From the NCBI GenBank assembly GCA_034530875.2, contig JAVRCJ020000005.1:177805-241804 (forward strand): 64,000 nucleotides of DNA, given 5' to 3'. The notes under the pieces were generated by a model, which ran no database searches, had not been told where the DNA came from, and saw nothing but the letters and a program-made list of their open reading frames with translations. This document shows positions 9,860 to 18,675 of this stretch, in pieces. The stretch is from Nostoc sp. DedSLP01. GTDB lineage: Bacteria > Cyanobacteriota > Cyanobacteriia > Cyanobacteriales > Nostocaceae. The position numbers were made by a program, and so were the translations under genes. Numbering within the stretch: the first letter of the stretch is position 1; each line of letters opens with the position of its first letter.

Positions 9860-11458
9860 TTACAACACAGGTGGAAGTCCTACTTCTTTTAGTTCCACGA
9901 ATTCACCATCAAAACCAATTGTTTTATTTTCCACAGTCCTAGCATTAGCCAAAGCCTTACGCAGTTCAGCACGTTCCATTGAATCTTCAATTCCGCCAAG
10001 GATGTAAATTAATAACTTTGTTGCTAATTCTTTTCCCGAAACCTGCACTCGCTTTTTATTAGCGTCATACAAAACCCCATACCAAAGAGACTGAGGATAT
10101 TCCATACCAGCAAAACCGCCTTGCTGGTCAAACTTTCGCAACTTCTTAAAAATACTGGTTATAGAAAAACCTTTTTTAAATACTAAAAATCCTAAAGCTT
10201 GTGCTAAAGCAACTTGCGCTACAGGACGGAAAAGTATATTTGCTTCGCCTCCACCTTTCTCAAAACTAAATCTTCGCAAAACAGGCGTATCTTCATGTTC
10301 TAAAATTTTATAACTAGGCAAATTAGCCAAATTATCAAAAAGCTTTTTAAATTCCTCAATTCCTTGCTCAATTTCTTCATTTTCTGGACGCATGGGAATT
10401 AAACCTTTTTCCACTGGTTTCCAGTGTGGGAATTTTTGACCTAAATATCGCTCAGACATATCTTGTAGTGCTTGCAGTGTCGTCAAAACTGTAGAGTTTG
10501 CTGCTACAGTTGCACTATTCCAATTAACACGCGGGTTACGATTTAAACGTTGTTCTAAAAGTGGATGAGTCACTGCAATTTTTCTAGCCACAATAGAAAA
10601 ACCATCATCTTCATTTAACTGTGCTAACTGGCCTTTAGTTAAAGGCGCAGCCATAAGGTTGACATGGACAAAAATCGACCTCACCCTTCTTCTAGCTTGG
10701 TTGCGAGTCTCTCCAGAATTTACTGCACAAATGAACTCAATACCAATTTTTTCTTTAGGTAAGCTTTGTAAATAAGCAGGATCTACTTGATACTGGTTTA
10801 TCAAATCTGACACCGTAATAAAACTATCATCAGCAGTTTTATCTTTTTTATATCGCTGGAGTTTGCCAGTTTTTATTAACTCCATCAAACCCTGAACTCC
10901 CATCAGCCGATGTTGACCATCTAGGGCATAAATGGTTACATTTTCTTCAGAAACATTGAGTAAGCCGACCTTACCATCTTTATCTAGAGGTGTAAAATCT
11001 GTAGTAGATTTTGTGGCGCGTTCTTCACTGTCCCACTCAGATGCTTTAGGGTTATCCACCCAAGGTTGATTAATTACTACTAGCACTGCTGGAAACTTAT
11101 GATTTTTTCTAGCAGCTAAATACTGAACTAAGGGCGCTTGACGCGACCAGTCAACGGGACGTTGTTGAATTTCATCAATACTATCCGCATCAATTTCGAT
11201 GTTATCTGTTTCTGGATTGTATTTTTTTTGTAGCAAAGGTAAACCAGAAGCAAAATGAACTCGGCCTGCGAACCATTCTAGGGTGACAGAACCAACATAA
11301 GCTTCACTTCCACCCATCTCAGTTTTTTGAACGAGAATTTGGTCTTTCTTTTCTAAAAATTTCTCTAGAAGTAAAGCTAGTACCTCTTTTTCCTTGTTTT
11401 CTCTCTCTAGGTACTCTCTAGCAATATCAGCAGTTAAGTCAGATGCAATGTCTCTCAT
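9860..11458 (-). CDS. dndB: DGQHR-domain (DndB-like) protein
   Basis: QRPVD, FPAVLV, LDGQHR, FVHVN motifs; divergent from dndC. Confidence 0.75.
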   Translation of the reverse strand: MRDIASDLTADIAREYLERENKEKEVLALLLEKFLEKKDQILVQKTEMGGSEAYVGSVTLEWFAGRVHFASGLPLLQKKYNPETDNIEIDADSIDEIQQRPVDWSRQAPLVQYLAARKNHKFPAVLVVINQPWVDNPKASEWDSEERATKSTTDFTPLDKDGKVGLLNVSEENVTIYALDGQHRLMGVQGLMELIKTGKLQRYKKDKTADDSFITVSDLINQYQVDPAYLQSLPKEKIGIEFICAVNSGETRNQARRRVRSIFVHVNLMAAPLTKGQLAQLNEDDGFSIVARKIAVTHPLLEQRLNRNPRVNWNSATVAANSTVLTTLQALQDMSERYLGQKFPHWKPVEKGLIPMRPENEEIEQGIEEFKKLFDNLANLPSYKILEHEDTPVLRRFSFEKGGGEANILFRPVAQVALAQALGFLVFKKGFSITSIFKKLRKFDQQGGFAGMEYPQSLWYGVLYDANKKRVQVSGKELATKLLIYILGGIEDSMERAELRKALANARTVENKTIGFDGEFVELKEVGLPPVL

Positions 11459-11612
11459 ATTAATTTTTAAAAACTTAGTCTTGTGAGGTAGCTATATTGC
11501 CCAAAAAGTTAGATACTAATACTTTAGTTTTTAAAAACTTTTTGGGAACCCGCGCATTCCATACGCTGAGGTAAAAAAGCGGTAACGCCCAAATGTCCAG
11601 AGGTAGGAAGCA

Positions 11613-13271
11613 ATGACTGAAGCACAACAACCAGAAAATAAAGGTCAGCAGACACGTACTGTAGCAGAGTTGGTAGAGTATATCCAAGTTCTTACCACTG
11701 AAATTCAAGAATTGTATTGTTTAGATGCGATACCTTGGGTTGTTGGTTATTCGGGCGGCAAGGACAGCACGGCGACTTTACAGCTTGTTTGGAATGCAAT
11801 ACTGGGACTGCCACTAGAAAAGCGAACTAAGCCAATTCATGTCATTACAACTGATACAGGTGTAGAAAATCCTTATGTAGCTGCTTGGGTACGCAACTCA
11901 TTAGAGCAAATGAAAATAGCAGCTCAAGACCAAAAGATGCCAGTGGAACCGCATTTATTACAACCAGAGATTAAACAAACATACTGGGTGGGTTTAATTG
12001 GGAAAGGCTACCCAGCACCACGTCATAAATTCCGTTGGTGTACTGGACGATTAAAAATTGACCCATCTAACCTTTTTATTCGTAATGTTATTAGAGCTAG
12101 CGGCGAAACAATTGTTTTATTAGGAACTCGCAAAACTGAAAGTGTCAATCGTGCTACTATCATGTCAAAACGTGAAGTAGGTAGAGTGCGGGAGCGTCTT
12201 AGCCCTCATCCCAGCCTTGTTAACTCATTGCTTTATACTCCTATAGAAGATTGGCGAACTGATGAAGTTTGGCTGTATTTAATGCAATGGAATAATCCTT
12301 GGGAATATAGCAATAAAGATTTATTTGCTATGTATCGAGGTGCAACAGCAGATAATGAATGTCCTTTAGTTGTTGATACTTCTACCCCTAGTTGTGGTAG
12401 CTCTCGTTTTGGATGCTGGGTCTGCACACTAGTTAATAGTGATAGGTCTATGCAAGCGATGATTCAAAATGATGAGGAAAAAGAATGGCTACAACCTTTA
12501 ATTGATATTCGTTTAGAGGAATTAGATATTGATAACGACCGTGAGAAACGAGACTTCCGCCGCATTTGGGGAGAAGTCCAACTATTTGAGCGTAACTTGG
12601 ATGGAGAAATTTCTATTGAACCAATACCAGGCCCTTACGTTAAATCTTGGCGCGAACATTTATTAAGACGACTTTTAGAAGCGCAAACAAAAATTCGTCA
12701 AACAGCACCAGAAAATATGCGCGATATTAACCTTATCTCTCTGGAAGAATTGAGCGAAATTCGCCGTATTTGGTTAGAAGAAAAACACGAGTTTGACGAT
12801 AGCTTACCCCGCATTTATCAAGAGGTCACAGGTGAAGAATTTAAAGACCCACGTCCAGGTGCAGACCTTAGCTTATTAGGTAGCGATGAATGGGCTGTGT
12901 TAGAAGAAGTCTGTGCAGATGATGAAATGCATTTAGAACTGATGGCGAAACTGTTAGACACAGAACGCCAATTTCGGAAAATGTCGCGTCGTATAGGAAT
13001 TTACGAAAGCTTGGAAAAATGCTTTACTACCAGTTCTCGTTCTAAAGATGAAGCAGTGAGAAATGCTCATCTAAAACGAGATTTGAAAACAGCAGTTGAA
13101 CAAGGTGATATTGAAAAAGTCAAACAATTAACTTTAGCAGATTTTGTTGCACCAGAGGAACAAACAACTACACCAGATACACAAATTGAGACAACAAATA
13201 CTACAAAATCTGCTGACAATGACAAGACTTGGGCAAATGTGAAATTTAAAAATAAACAGGCAAAGCCTTAA
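11613..13271 (+). CDS. dndC: DNA phosphorothioation sulfurtransferase DndC (PAPS-reductase family)
   Basis: YSGGKDS, DTGVE, RWCT, GTRKTES, SRFGCWVC. Confidence 0.95.
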   Translation: MTEAQQPENKGQQTRTVAELVEYIQVLTTEIQELYCLDAIPWVVGYSGGKDSTATLQLVWNAILGLPLEKRTKPIHVITTDTGVENPYVAAWVRNSLEQMKIAAQDQKMPVEPHLLQPEIKQTYWVGLIGKGYPAPRHKFRWCTGRLKIDPSNLFIRNVIRASGETIVLLGTRKTESVNRATIMSKREVGRVRERLSPHPSLVNSLLYTPIEDWRTDEVWLYLMQWNNPWEYSNKDLFAMYRGATADNECPLVVDTSTPSCGSSRFGCWVCTLVNSDRSMQAMIQNDEEKEWLQPLIDIRLEELDIDNDREKRDFRRIWGEVQLFERNLDGEISIEPIPGPYVKSWREHLLRRLLEAQTKIRQTAPENMRDINLISLEELSEIRRIWLEEKHEFDDSLPRIYQEVTGEEFKDPRPGADLSLLGSDEWAVLEEVCADDEMHLELMAKLLDTERQFRKMSRRIGIYESLEKCFTTSSRSKDEAVRNAHLKRDLKTAVEQGDIEKVKQLTLADFVAPEEQTTTPDTQIETTNTTKSADNDKTWANVKFKNKQAKP

Positions 13272-13513
13272 GCTTGCTCATTATCATCGTCAGCATCTCC
13301 CAAGTACAGCCTGATAAAATCTTCGGCTGCGGCGGGATTAATTTTCTTGAGTGCGTCACGAATTTCTAACAGCGTATCAGCAACAGGATCTCTAATTTCA
13401 TTCACCCAACGGTGAACATTTGGCCGTCCCGTTCCCATTGCCACTGCTAACTTGTTTTGGCTGATGCTGTATGTTTCTAACACCTGTTTGAGTGCTTTTC
13501 CTGCTTTTCCCAT
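13268..13513 (-). CDS. XRE/Cro-type HTH regulator
   Basis: MGKAGKALKQVLETYSISQNKLAVAMGTGRPNVHRW; start moved to 13513. Confidence 0.8.
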   Translation of the reverse strand: MGKAGKALKQVLETYSISQNKLAVAMGTGRPNVHRWVNEIRDPVADTLLEIRDALKKINPAAAEDFIRLYLGDADDDNEQA

Positions 13514-13550
13514 GCCTTTGATTGTGTCAAAGGCTTCTGACAGAGTAAAT

Positions 13551-13602
13551 GTTACCCATCGGTAACTAAAGGTGTAAGATAGTGTTGTTGCCAATAGGTA
13601 AC
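13551..13602. promoter_or_regulatory. Twin palindromic operators GTT(A/G)CC-N4-GGTAAC
   Basis: 13551-13566 GTTACCCATCGGTAAC and 13587-13602 GTTGCCAATAGGTAAC flank a TAAGAT -10-like hexamer between divergent genes. Confidence 0.65.
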
Positions 13603-13634
13603 AGCGCAGCTTATCAACAAACAGGTAAATTTCA

Positions 13635-13889
13635 ATGAGTACAAGCTTTCTAGCAGACACTTGTCAAACCACCACGCCGCTTGTTTCCATCAAGGATTTT
13701 ACAGAAACAACACCAGATAGAGAGTCTGTAAAAGTAGTAATTTATGGTTCTAAAAGAGGAGTTAACAACACAATCTTGACTTTATACAAACTTGGTTTCG
13801 CCCAAGTTAACGAGTGGAGTCCTTTATTACCTAGTTCTAACCCTGGTGAAGTTATGAGTATTTTAACTAGACACATTCTGACAAACTAA
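13635..13889 (+). CDS. Small conserved cyanobacterial hypothetical protein
   Basis: 84-aa ORF with IYGSKRGV..LYKLGFA..EWSPLLP..GEVMSIL. Confidence 0.7.
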   Translation: MSTSFLADTCQTTTPLVSIKDFTETTPDRESVKVVIYGSKRGVNNTILTLYKLGFAQVNEWSPLLPSSNPGEVMSILTRHILTN

Positions 13890-13930
13890 TTAGTGGTTCA
13901 TCGCATTAATTTTAAGAAGTGGGAGTGGTC

Positions 13931-13963
13931 AGATCCCTGACTTGTTGAAGAAGTCGGGGATCT
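13931..13963. repeat. Palindromic dispersed repeat / possible terminator
   Basis: AGATCCCTGACTT...AAGTCGGGGATCT. Confidence 0.65.
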
Positions 13964-14002
13964 CGTAGCCCATCTCGACCTATATTTCATCTATAACGAC
14001 CA

Positions 14003-15988
14003 ATGATATTTCTAGAACTCGTATTACAAAATTTTGGCCCTTACTCAGGCAGACAAGTAATCAATCTTGACCCAAGAACTGAAGAAAATCCTCGCCCAAT
14101 TCTCTTATTAGGCGGTATGAATGGCGGCGGTAAAACTACTCTCATGGATGCTATTCGTCTTGCCCTATATGGACAACGCGCCCAATGCTCAACGCGTGGA
14201 AATTTGAGCTATAGTGATTTTTTAAATCAATGTGTTAATAGTAAAGCTAATCCTGCTGAAAAGACGCGAGTTGAGTTACTATTTGAACACATTGAAGAGG
14301 ATAAGCCAATAAAATATCGTATTGTTAGAACTTGGGAAAAAAATCCTAAAGATGGTAAAGATGCTCTAGGAATTTTAGGCGATGACGATACTTGGCCTGT
14401 TGAATCTTTGGTGAATACTTGGGATGACTATATAGAAAATCTACTGCCTTTAGGGATTTCTAATTTATTTTTATTTGATGGCGAACAAGTTAAAGAATTG
14501 GCAGAACAAGAAACACCACCACAACTTGTTATTGAAGCTATTCGCGGACTATTAGGGCTAGAGTTGGCAGACAAATTAGCACTTGATTTGGAGGTTTTAG
14601 TCAACCGCAAGCGTAGAGAAATGGCTGATACTAAAGATTTAGCCAACCTAGAAGAAATTGAAAAAAGGTTATTACAACAGCAAGAAGATTATCAAGAGGT
14701 AGAACAAAAATTAGTTAGTTTCAAAAATCAAATTGAAGAATTAGAGGCTATTCAACGAGAAGCCTTAGATAAATTTGTATCTGAAGGTGGTAAAATCGCT
14801 GGAGAACGCAGTCAGTTAGAAGAAAAACAAAAAGAAAAAACTACTGCATTAGAAACAATTCGGCAGTCGTTGTGTGAATTAGCTGCTGATATTTTGCCTT
14901 TAGCCTTAATTCCTAATTTATTAAGTCAGGTAGAAGTACAGGGAGCAAATGAATTTCGCAATCAGCAGGTGCAACTTGCCAGAGATGTTTTGCTTGAGCG
15001 AGATAAACGCTTACTTGAATGGCTAAGTCAGTTAGCGATCGCCTCAACACAAATGGACAAAATTCAATCATTTTTAGCTGAGGATGTTGATAATTTATAT
15101 GCAAGTTCGCTCCAAGCTGAAGTACCTTGGTTATTAGCTGACGAGGAAAGTTTGAGTCAACTAGATAATGTGAGATATCATTTACAAAATGCTCGTAATT
15201 TAGCAAAACAGCAGTTAGGTAATCTCAGGAATCTAGAAGAGGAAATTATTACGTTAGAAAGACAAGTGCAGACAGCCGCAGAACCAGAAGCTTATCAAAT
15301 ATTGCGGGATGCTGTGGACGCAGCACAAAATGAAGTTGTACAAGCTAAAGCAAATTACGAAACAACTCGCCAAAGATTAGCAGTATTAACAGATGCAATT
15401 GATATAACTAAAAAAGAATTAAAAGATTATACTGATAAAAATATAGACCATAAAAATAGGGAACATATCATTACCTCAGCCTCTAAAGTTCAAGAAACAC
15501 TTAAGGTTTTTCGAGAAAAATTAACACTGCGAAAACTCAATAAATTAGAGGAAGAAGTGAAGAATTGTTTCCTCTATCTACTGCATAAATCGGATTTAGT
15601 ATTTCGTATTGCTATTGATACTAAAACCTTTGCCTTATCTTTATTCGATTTCGATGGGAAACCAGTTCCCAAACATCGCCTTTCGGCTGGTGAAAAACAA
15701 CTTCTGGCGATCGCCTTTCTCTGGGGACTTGCCAAAGTCTCTGGCCTGCGCTTACCCGTAGCCATCGACACGCCTCTTGGCAGACTCGACTCTTCCCACC
15801 GGAACAACCTAGTAGAAAAATACTTCCCTGCCGCTAGCCATCAAGTAATTCTGCTTTCTACTGATACTGAAATTGGTAAAAAGGAAGTGGAAACATTAAG
15901 GAAAAATGAAGCGATCGCTCGTGAATATCTCCTCAAATACGACTCCGCTACCCGCCAAACAACTATACAAGCAGGCTATTTTTGGTAA
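14003..15988 (+). CDS. dndD: DNA sulfur modification ATPase DndD
   Basis: GMNGGGKTT, FLFDGE, coiled coil, LSAGEKQ, IDTPLGRLDS, LLSTDTEI. Confidence 0.95.
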   Translation: MIFLELVLQNFGPYSGRQVINLDPRTEENPRPILLLGGMNGGGKTTLMDAIRLALYGQRAQCSTRGNLSYSDFLNQCVNSKANPAEKTRVELLFEHIEEDKPIKYRIVRTWEKNPKDGKDALGILGDDDTWPVESLVNTWDDYIENLLPLGISNLFLFDGEQVKELAEQETPPQLVIEAIRGLLGLELADKLALDLEVLVNRKRREMADTKDLANLEEIEKRLLQQQEDYQEVEQKLVSFKNQIEELEAIQREALDKFVSEGGKIAGERSQLEEKQKEKTTALETIRQSLCELAADILPLALIPNLLSQVEVQGANEFRNQQVQLARDVLLERDKRLLEWLSQLAIASTQMDKIQSFLAEDVDNLYASSLQAEVPWLLADEESLSQLDNVRYHLQNARNLAKQQLGNLRNLEEEIITLERQVQTAAEPEAYQILRDAVDAAQNEVVQAKANYETTRQRLAVLTDAIDITKKELKDYTDKNIDHKNREHIITSASKVQETLKVFREKLTLRKLNKLEEEVKNCFLYLLHKSDLVFRIAIDTKTFALSLFDFDGKPVPKHRLSAGEKQLLAIAFLWGLAKVSGLRLPVAIDTPLGRLDSSHRNNLVEKYFPAASHQVILLSTDTEIGKKEVETLRKNEAIAREYLLKYDSATRQTTIQAGYFW

Positions 15989-16019
15989 TTCGTAATTCGT
16001 AATTCGTAATTCGTAATTA
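15985..16019. repeat. (GTAATTC)n heptamer array
   Basis: Four perfect units plus one variant; contains the dndD stop and the stop of the four-helix gene. Confidence 0.9.
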
Positions 16020-16373
16020 TTTGGCTTTGAGTCGTTTGGTGGAAGCAACTAGAATTTTGCCAATTTCGTTTGCTTCTTGAAGGAGTCCTTGAAATTTGTG
16101 TCTATCTACTAGTTCGGATTCCATTAATATTTCTAACCAGTATTGTGTTTCTCTTGCTTCTTTTAAAGCAATTTCTAATTTATTGATAAAATCTTTACTA
16201 GATTGGGCAGACTGTGATTCTCGGACATTTGCACCAATCGAAGTACCGGAACGCAGTAATTGTTTAGACAGGATTCGATGAACTCCAGGTTTTTCATCTA
16301 AAAAGCAACAAGCTTTAACAATTCTTACCGCAAAATTTTTTGTTCTGTCAGTAATACTACTATTAGTTCCCAT
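16017..16373 (-). CDS. Four-helix-bundle protein (23S rRNA IVP / bAvd-like family)
   Basis: QLLRSGTSIGANVRES..SSKDFINKLEIALKEARETQYWL. Confidence 0.9.
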   Translation of the reverse strand: MGTNSSITDRTKNFAVRIVKACCFLDEKPGVHRILSKQLLRSGTSIGANVRESQSAQSSKDFINKLEIALKEARETQYWLEILMESELVDRHKFQGLLQEANEIGKILVASTKRLKAK

Positions 16374-16443
16374 ATTTTTCTTTTAAATCATAATATCTAT
16401 GCTTCCCACATCTAAAACAAAAACTAGAATCTCAGCCTAAACC

Positions 16444-16490
16444 AATTACGAATCACGAATTACAAATTACGAATTACGAATTACGAATTA
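16444..16490. repeat. (AATTACG)n heptamer array, inverted relative to 15985-16019
   Basis: Six units plus a partial one, ending 1 nt before the dndE ATG. Confidence 0.9.
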
Positions 16491-16491
16491 T

Positions 16492-16878
16492 ATGGAATCG
16501 CCAATCGAAAGAATAAAACTTTCCCAAACAGCCAAAGACCAACTTCTCAAACTCAGACGCACTACCAAAATAGACCAATGGAATATCCTCTGTCGTTGGG
16601 CATTTTGTCGTTCCCTCGCAGAACCAACTCCACCCTCGCCCGTACCAATTCCCCAAGATAGCAACGTCGAAATGACTTGGCGCGTCTTTGGCGGCGAAAT
16701 GTCCGATATTCTCCTCCTCGCCCTCAAACAACGCTGTCACAATGACGGCTATGACACTGACAAAGAAACCCTCGCCACCCAATTCCGCCTGCATTTGCAT
16801 CGCGGTATCGGGTACTTAGCAGGCGATCAAAATATCAAGAAAATTGAAGATTTAATAGAACTAGCTATCAAAGATTGA
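16492..16878 (+). CDS. dndE: DNA sulfur modification protein DndE
   Basis: IKLSQTAKDQLLKL..WNILCRWAFCRSL..FRLHLHRGIGYL. Confidence 0.95.
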   Translation: MESPIERIKLSQTAKDQLLKLRRTTKIDQWNILCRWAFCRSLAEPTPPSPVPIPQDSNVEMTWRVFGGEMSDILLLALKQRCHNDGYDTDKETLATQFRLHLHRGIGYLAGDQNIKKIEDLIELAIKD

Positions 16879-16908
16879 AAGGATATTAGTTAACTGTTAA
16901 CCGTGCCA

Positions 16909-17052
16909 ATTTTAGATTTTAGATTTTAGATTATTTCAGTTCATGCCCTGCCCTTTGTGGGCAGAACAATCCAAAATCCAAAATTTAAAATCCTCAAACC
17001 CACACCCAGAGTGGTCTGCTTCAATCCAAAATCCAAAATTTAAAATCCAAAA
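16909..17052. repeat. Heptamer arrays (ATTTTAG / AATCCAA) in opposite orientations
   Basis: Tandem units between dndE and the methyltransferase. Confidence 0.65.
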
Positions 17053-17075
17053 TCGATTGACTGTTAACTGATATT

Positions 17076-18533
17076 ATGCCTGAAGCATTAGAAATCGATC
17101 GCCATCGAGCTGCGATCGCTCGCAATGATATCTCCCGCCCCGTGCGATTGGCAATAGAATGGGCAATTCTGCATCAAGACACCACTTTTTTTGACTACGG
17201 TTGCGGCTACGGTGGTGATGTGCAGCGAGTAGCAAACTTGGGCTACACCAGCGCAGGCTGGGATCCTTACTACTATCCTGATGTCCCACGCACTCCCGCC
17301 GATGTCGTCAATTTGGGCTACGTTCTCAACGTTATCGAAGATGCAGAGGAACGCCGTCAAAGCCTCATCCAAGCTTGGGAACTCACGCAGCAAGTTTTAA
17401 TTGTCGCAGCTCAAGTTTTAGTTAATGCTCCCAGTAAAACTCAGGTGGCTTACAACGATGGCATTGTCACCCGTCGCAACACTTTTCAGAAATATTACGA
17501 ACAAGAAGAACTTAAAACATACATTGATGAAGTGCTCAATGTGGATGCGGTGCCCGTAGCGTTGGGTGTGTACTTTGTTTTTCGAGATGAAGCTCAAAAA
17601 GAAAGTTACAAAGCTATCCGCTTCTTTTCTACTTCTTCTACACCGCGAGTCCGTATTCCTACCAAGCGGTTTGAAGATTACCAAGAACAACTGCAACCAC
17701 TCATGGCTTTTTTTACCAAGCGCGGTAGGTTGCCTGTAAAAGGCGAATTGGAAAACGAACAAGAATTACTCAAGGAATTTGGTAACTTCCGCCGTGCCTT
17801 TGGCGTAGTTTTACAAGCTACCGATGAAGCAGAATGGGATGCGATCGCCTATCGTCGTTCTCTAGATATCCAAGTATATCTCGCCCTCACCCACTTCGAT
17901 CGCCGCCCTGCATGGCAGAAGCTATCGCCCGAAATGCGCCACGACATCAAAGCCTTTTTTAGTAGCTACGAAGAAGCCTGCCAAGTCGCCGACCAAAAAC
18001 TTTTCAGCTTAGGCAAAACTGGGGTGATTCAAACTGCTTGTGAAAAAAGCAAAATTGGTAAACGTACGCGCGGTGCCCTTTACGTGCATGTTTCGGCGCT
18101 TGCAGCACTCGATCCTTTGCTGCGAATTTACGAGGGCTGCGCTAGCCGCACTATTGGGCGTGTAGATGGAGCCACGTTGATAAAATATCACATTGATAAA
18201 CCGCAAATATCCTATCTTTTTTACCCAGAATTTGATACTGACCCCCATCCAGCTTTACAAGCAAGTATAGGTATTGACTTAAAAACCCTAGCTGTTACTC
18301 ACCGAGAATATGAAACTAGAGCAAATCCACCAATTTTGCACCGGAAAGAAACATTTGTTACTAGTACATACCCGCGTTACGAAGAATTTGTTAAACTCAC
18401 CCAACAAGAAGAGGAATTAGGATTGCTCAAAGGCAAAAGCGATATCGGCACTCGTGATGGTTGGGAAAAATGCCTTGCCGCACACAAAGTAGAAATCAGA
18501 GGGCATGAGGTTTATTCAATTAAGGAAAATTAA
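17076..18533 (+). CDS. DNA phosphorothioation-associated putative SAM methyltransferase
   Basis: FDYGCGYGGD, VNLGYVLNVIED, NTFQKYY, NPPILHRKE; follows dndE. Confidence 0.88.
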   Translation: MPEALEIDRHRAAIARNDISRPVRLAIEWAILHQDTTFFDYGCGYGGDVQRVANLGYTSAGWDPYYYPDVPRTPADVVNLGYVLNVIEDAEERRQSLIQAWELTQQVLIVAAQVLVNAPSKTQVAYNDGIVTRRNTFQKYYEQEELKTYIDEVLNVDAVPVALGVYFVFRDEAQKESYKAIRFFSTSSTPRVRIPTKRFEDYQEQLQPLMAFFTKRGRLPVKGELENEQELLKEFGNFRRAFGVVLQATDEAEWDAIAYRRSLDIQVYLALTHFDRRPAWQKLSPEMRHDIKAFFSSYEEACQVADQKLFSLGKTGVIQTACEKSKIGKRTRGALYVHVSALAALDPLLRIYEGCASRTIGRVDGATLIKYHIDKPQISYLFYPEFDTDPHPALQASIGIDLKTLAVTHREYETRANPPILHRKETFVTSTYPRYEEFVKLTQQEEELGLLKGKSDIGTRDGWEKCLAAHKVEIRGHEVYSIKEN

Positions 18534-18675
18534 GGAATAATCATACTGTTAGAACATTACTGATATGTATCTTAGTAAAGAAAATCTTAGTATGTTTGTC
18601 TGTTTACACGACATTAGACAGCAGCTATGGCAAGATAGCTGCTATTCAATCAGATAAAAAGGAATCTTCAAGATT

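Noticed and set aside
16017..16373. Avd of a diversity-generating retroelement
   Set aside because: No reverse transcriptase or TR/VR pair in the window
9860..18533. Absence of dndA as evidence the system is inactive
   Set aside because: IscS-type cysteine desulfurases are known to substitute for DndA
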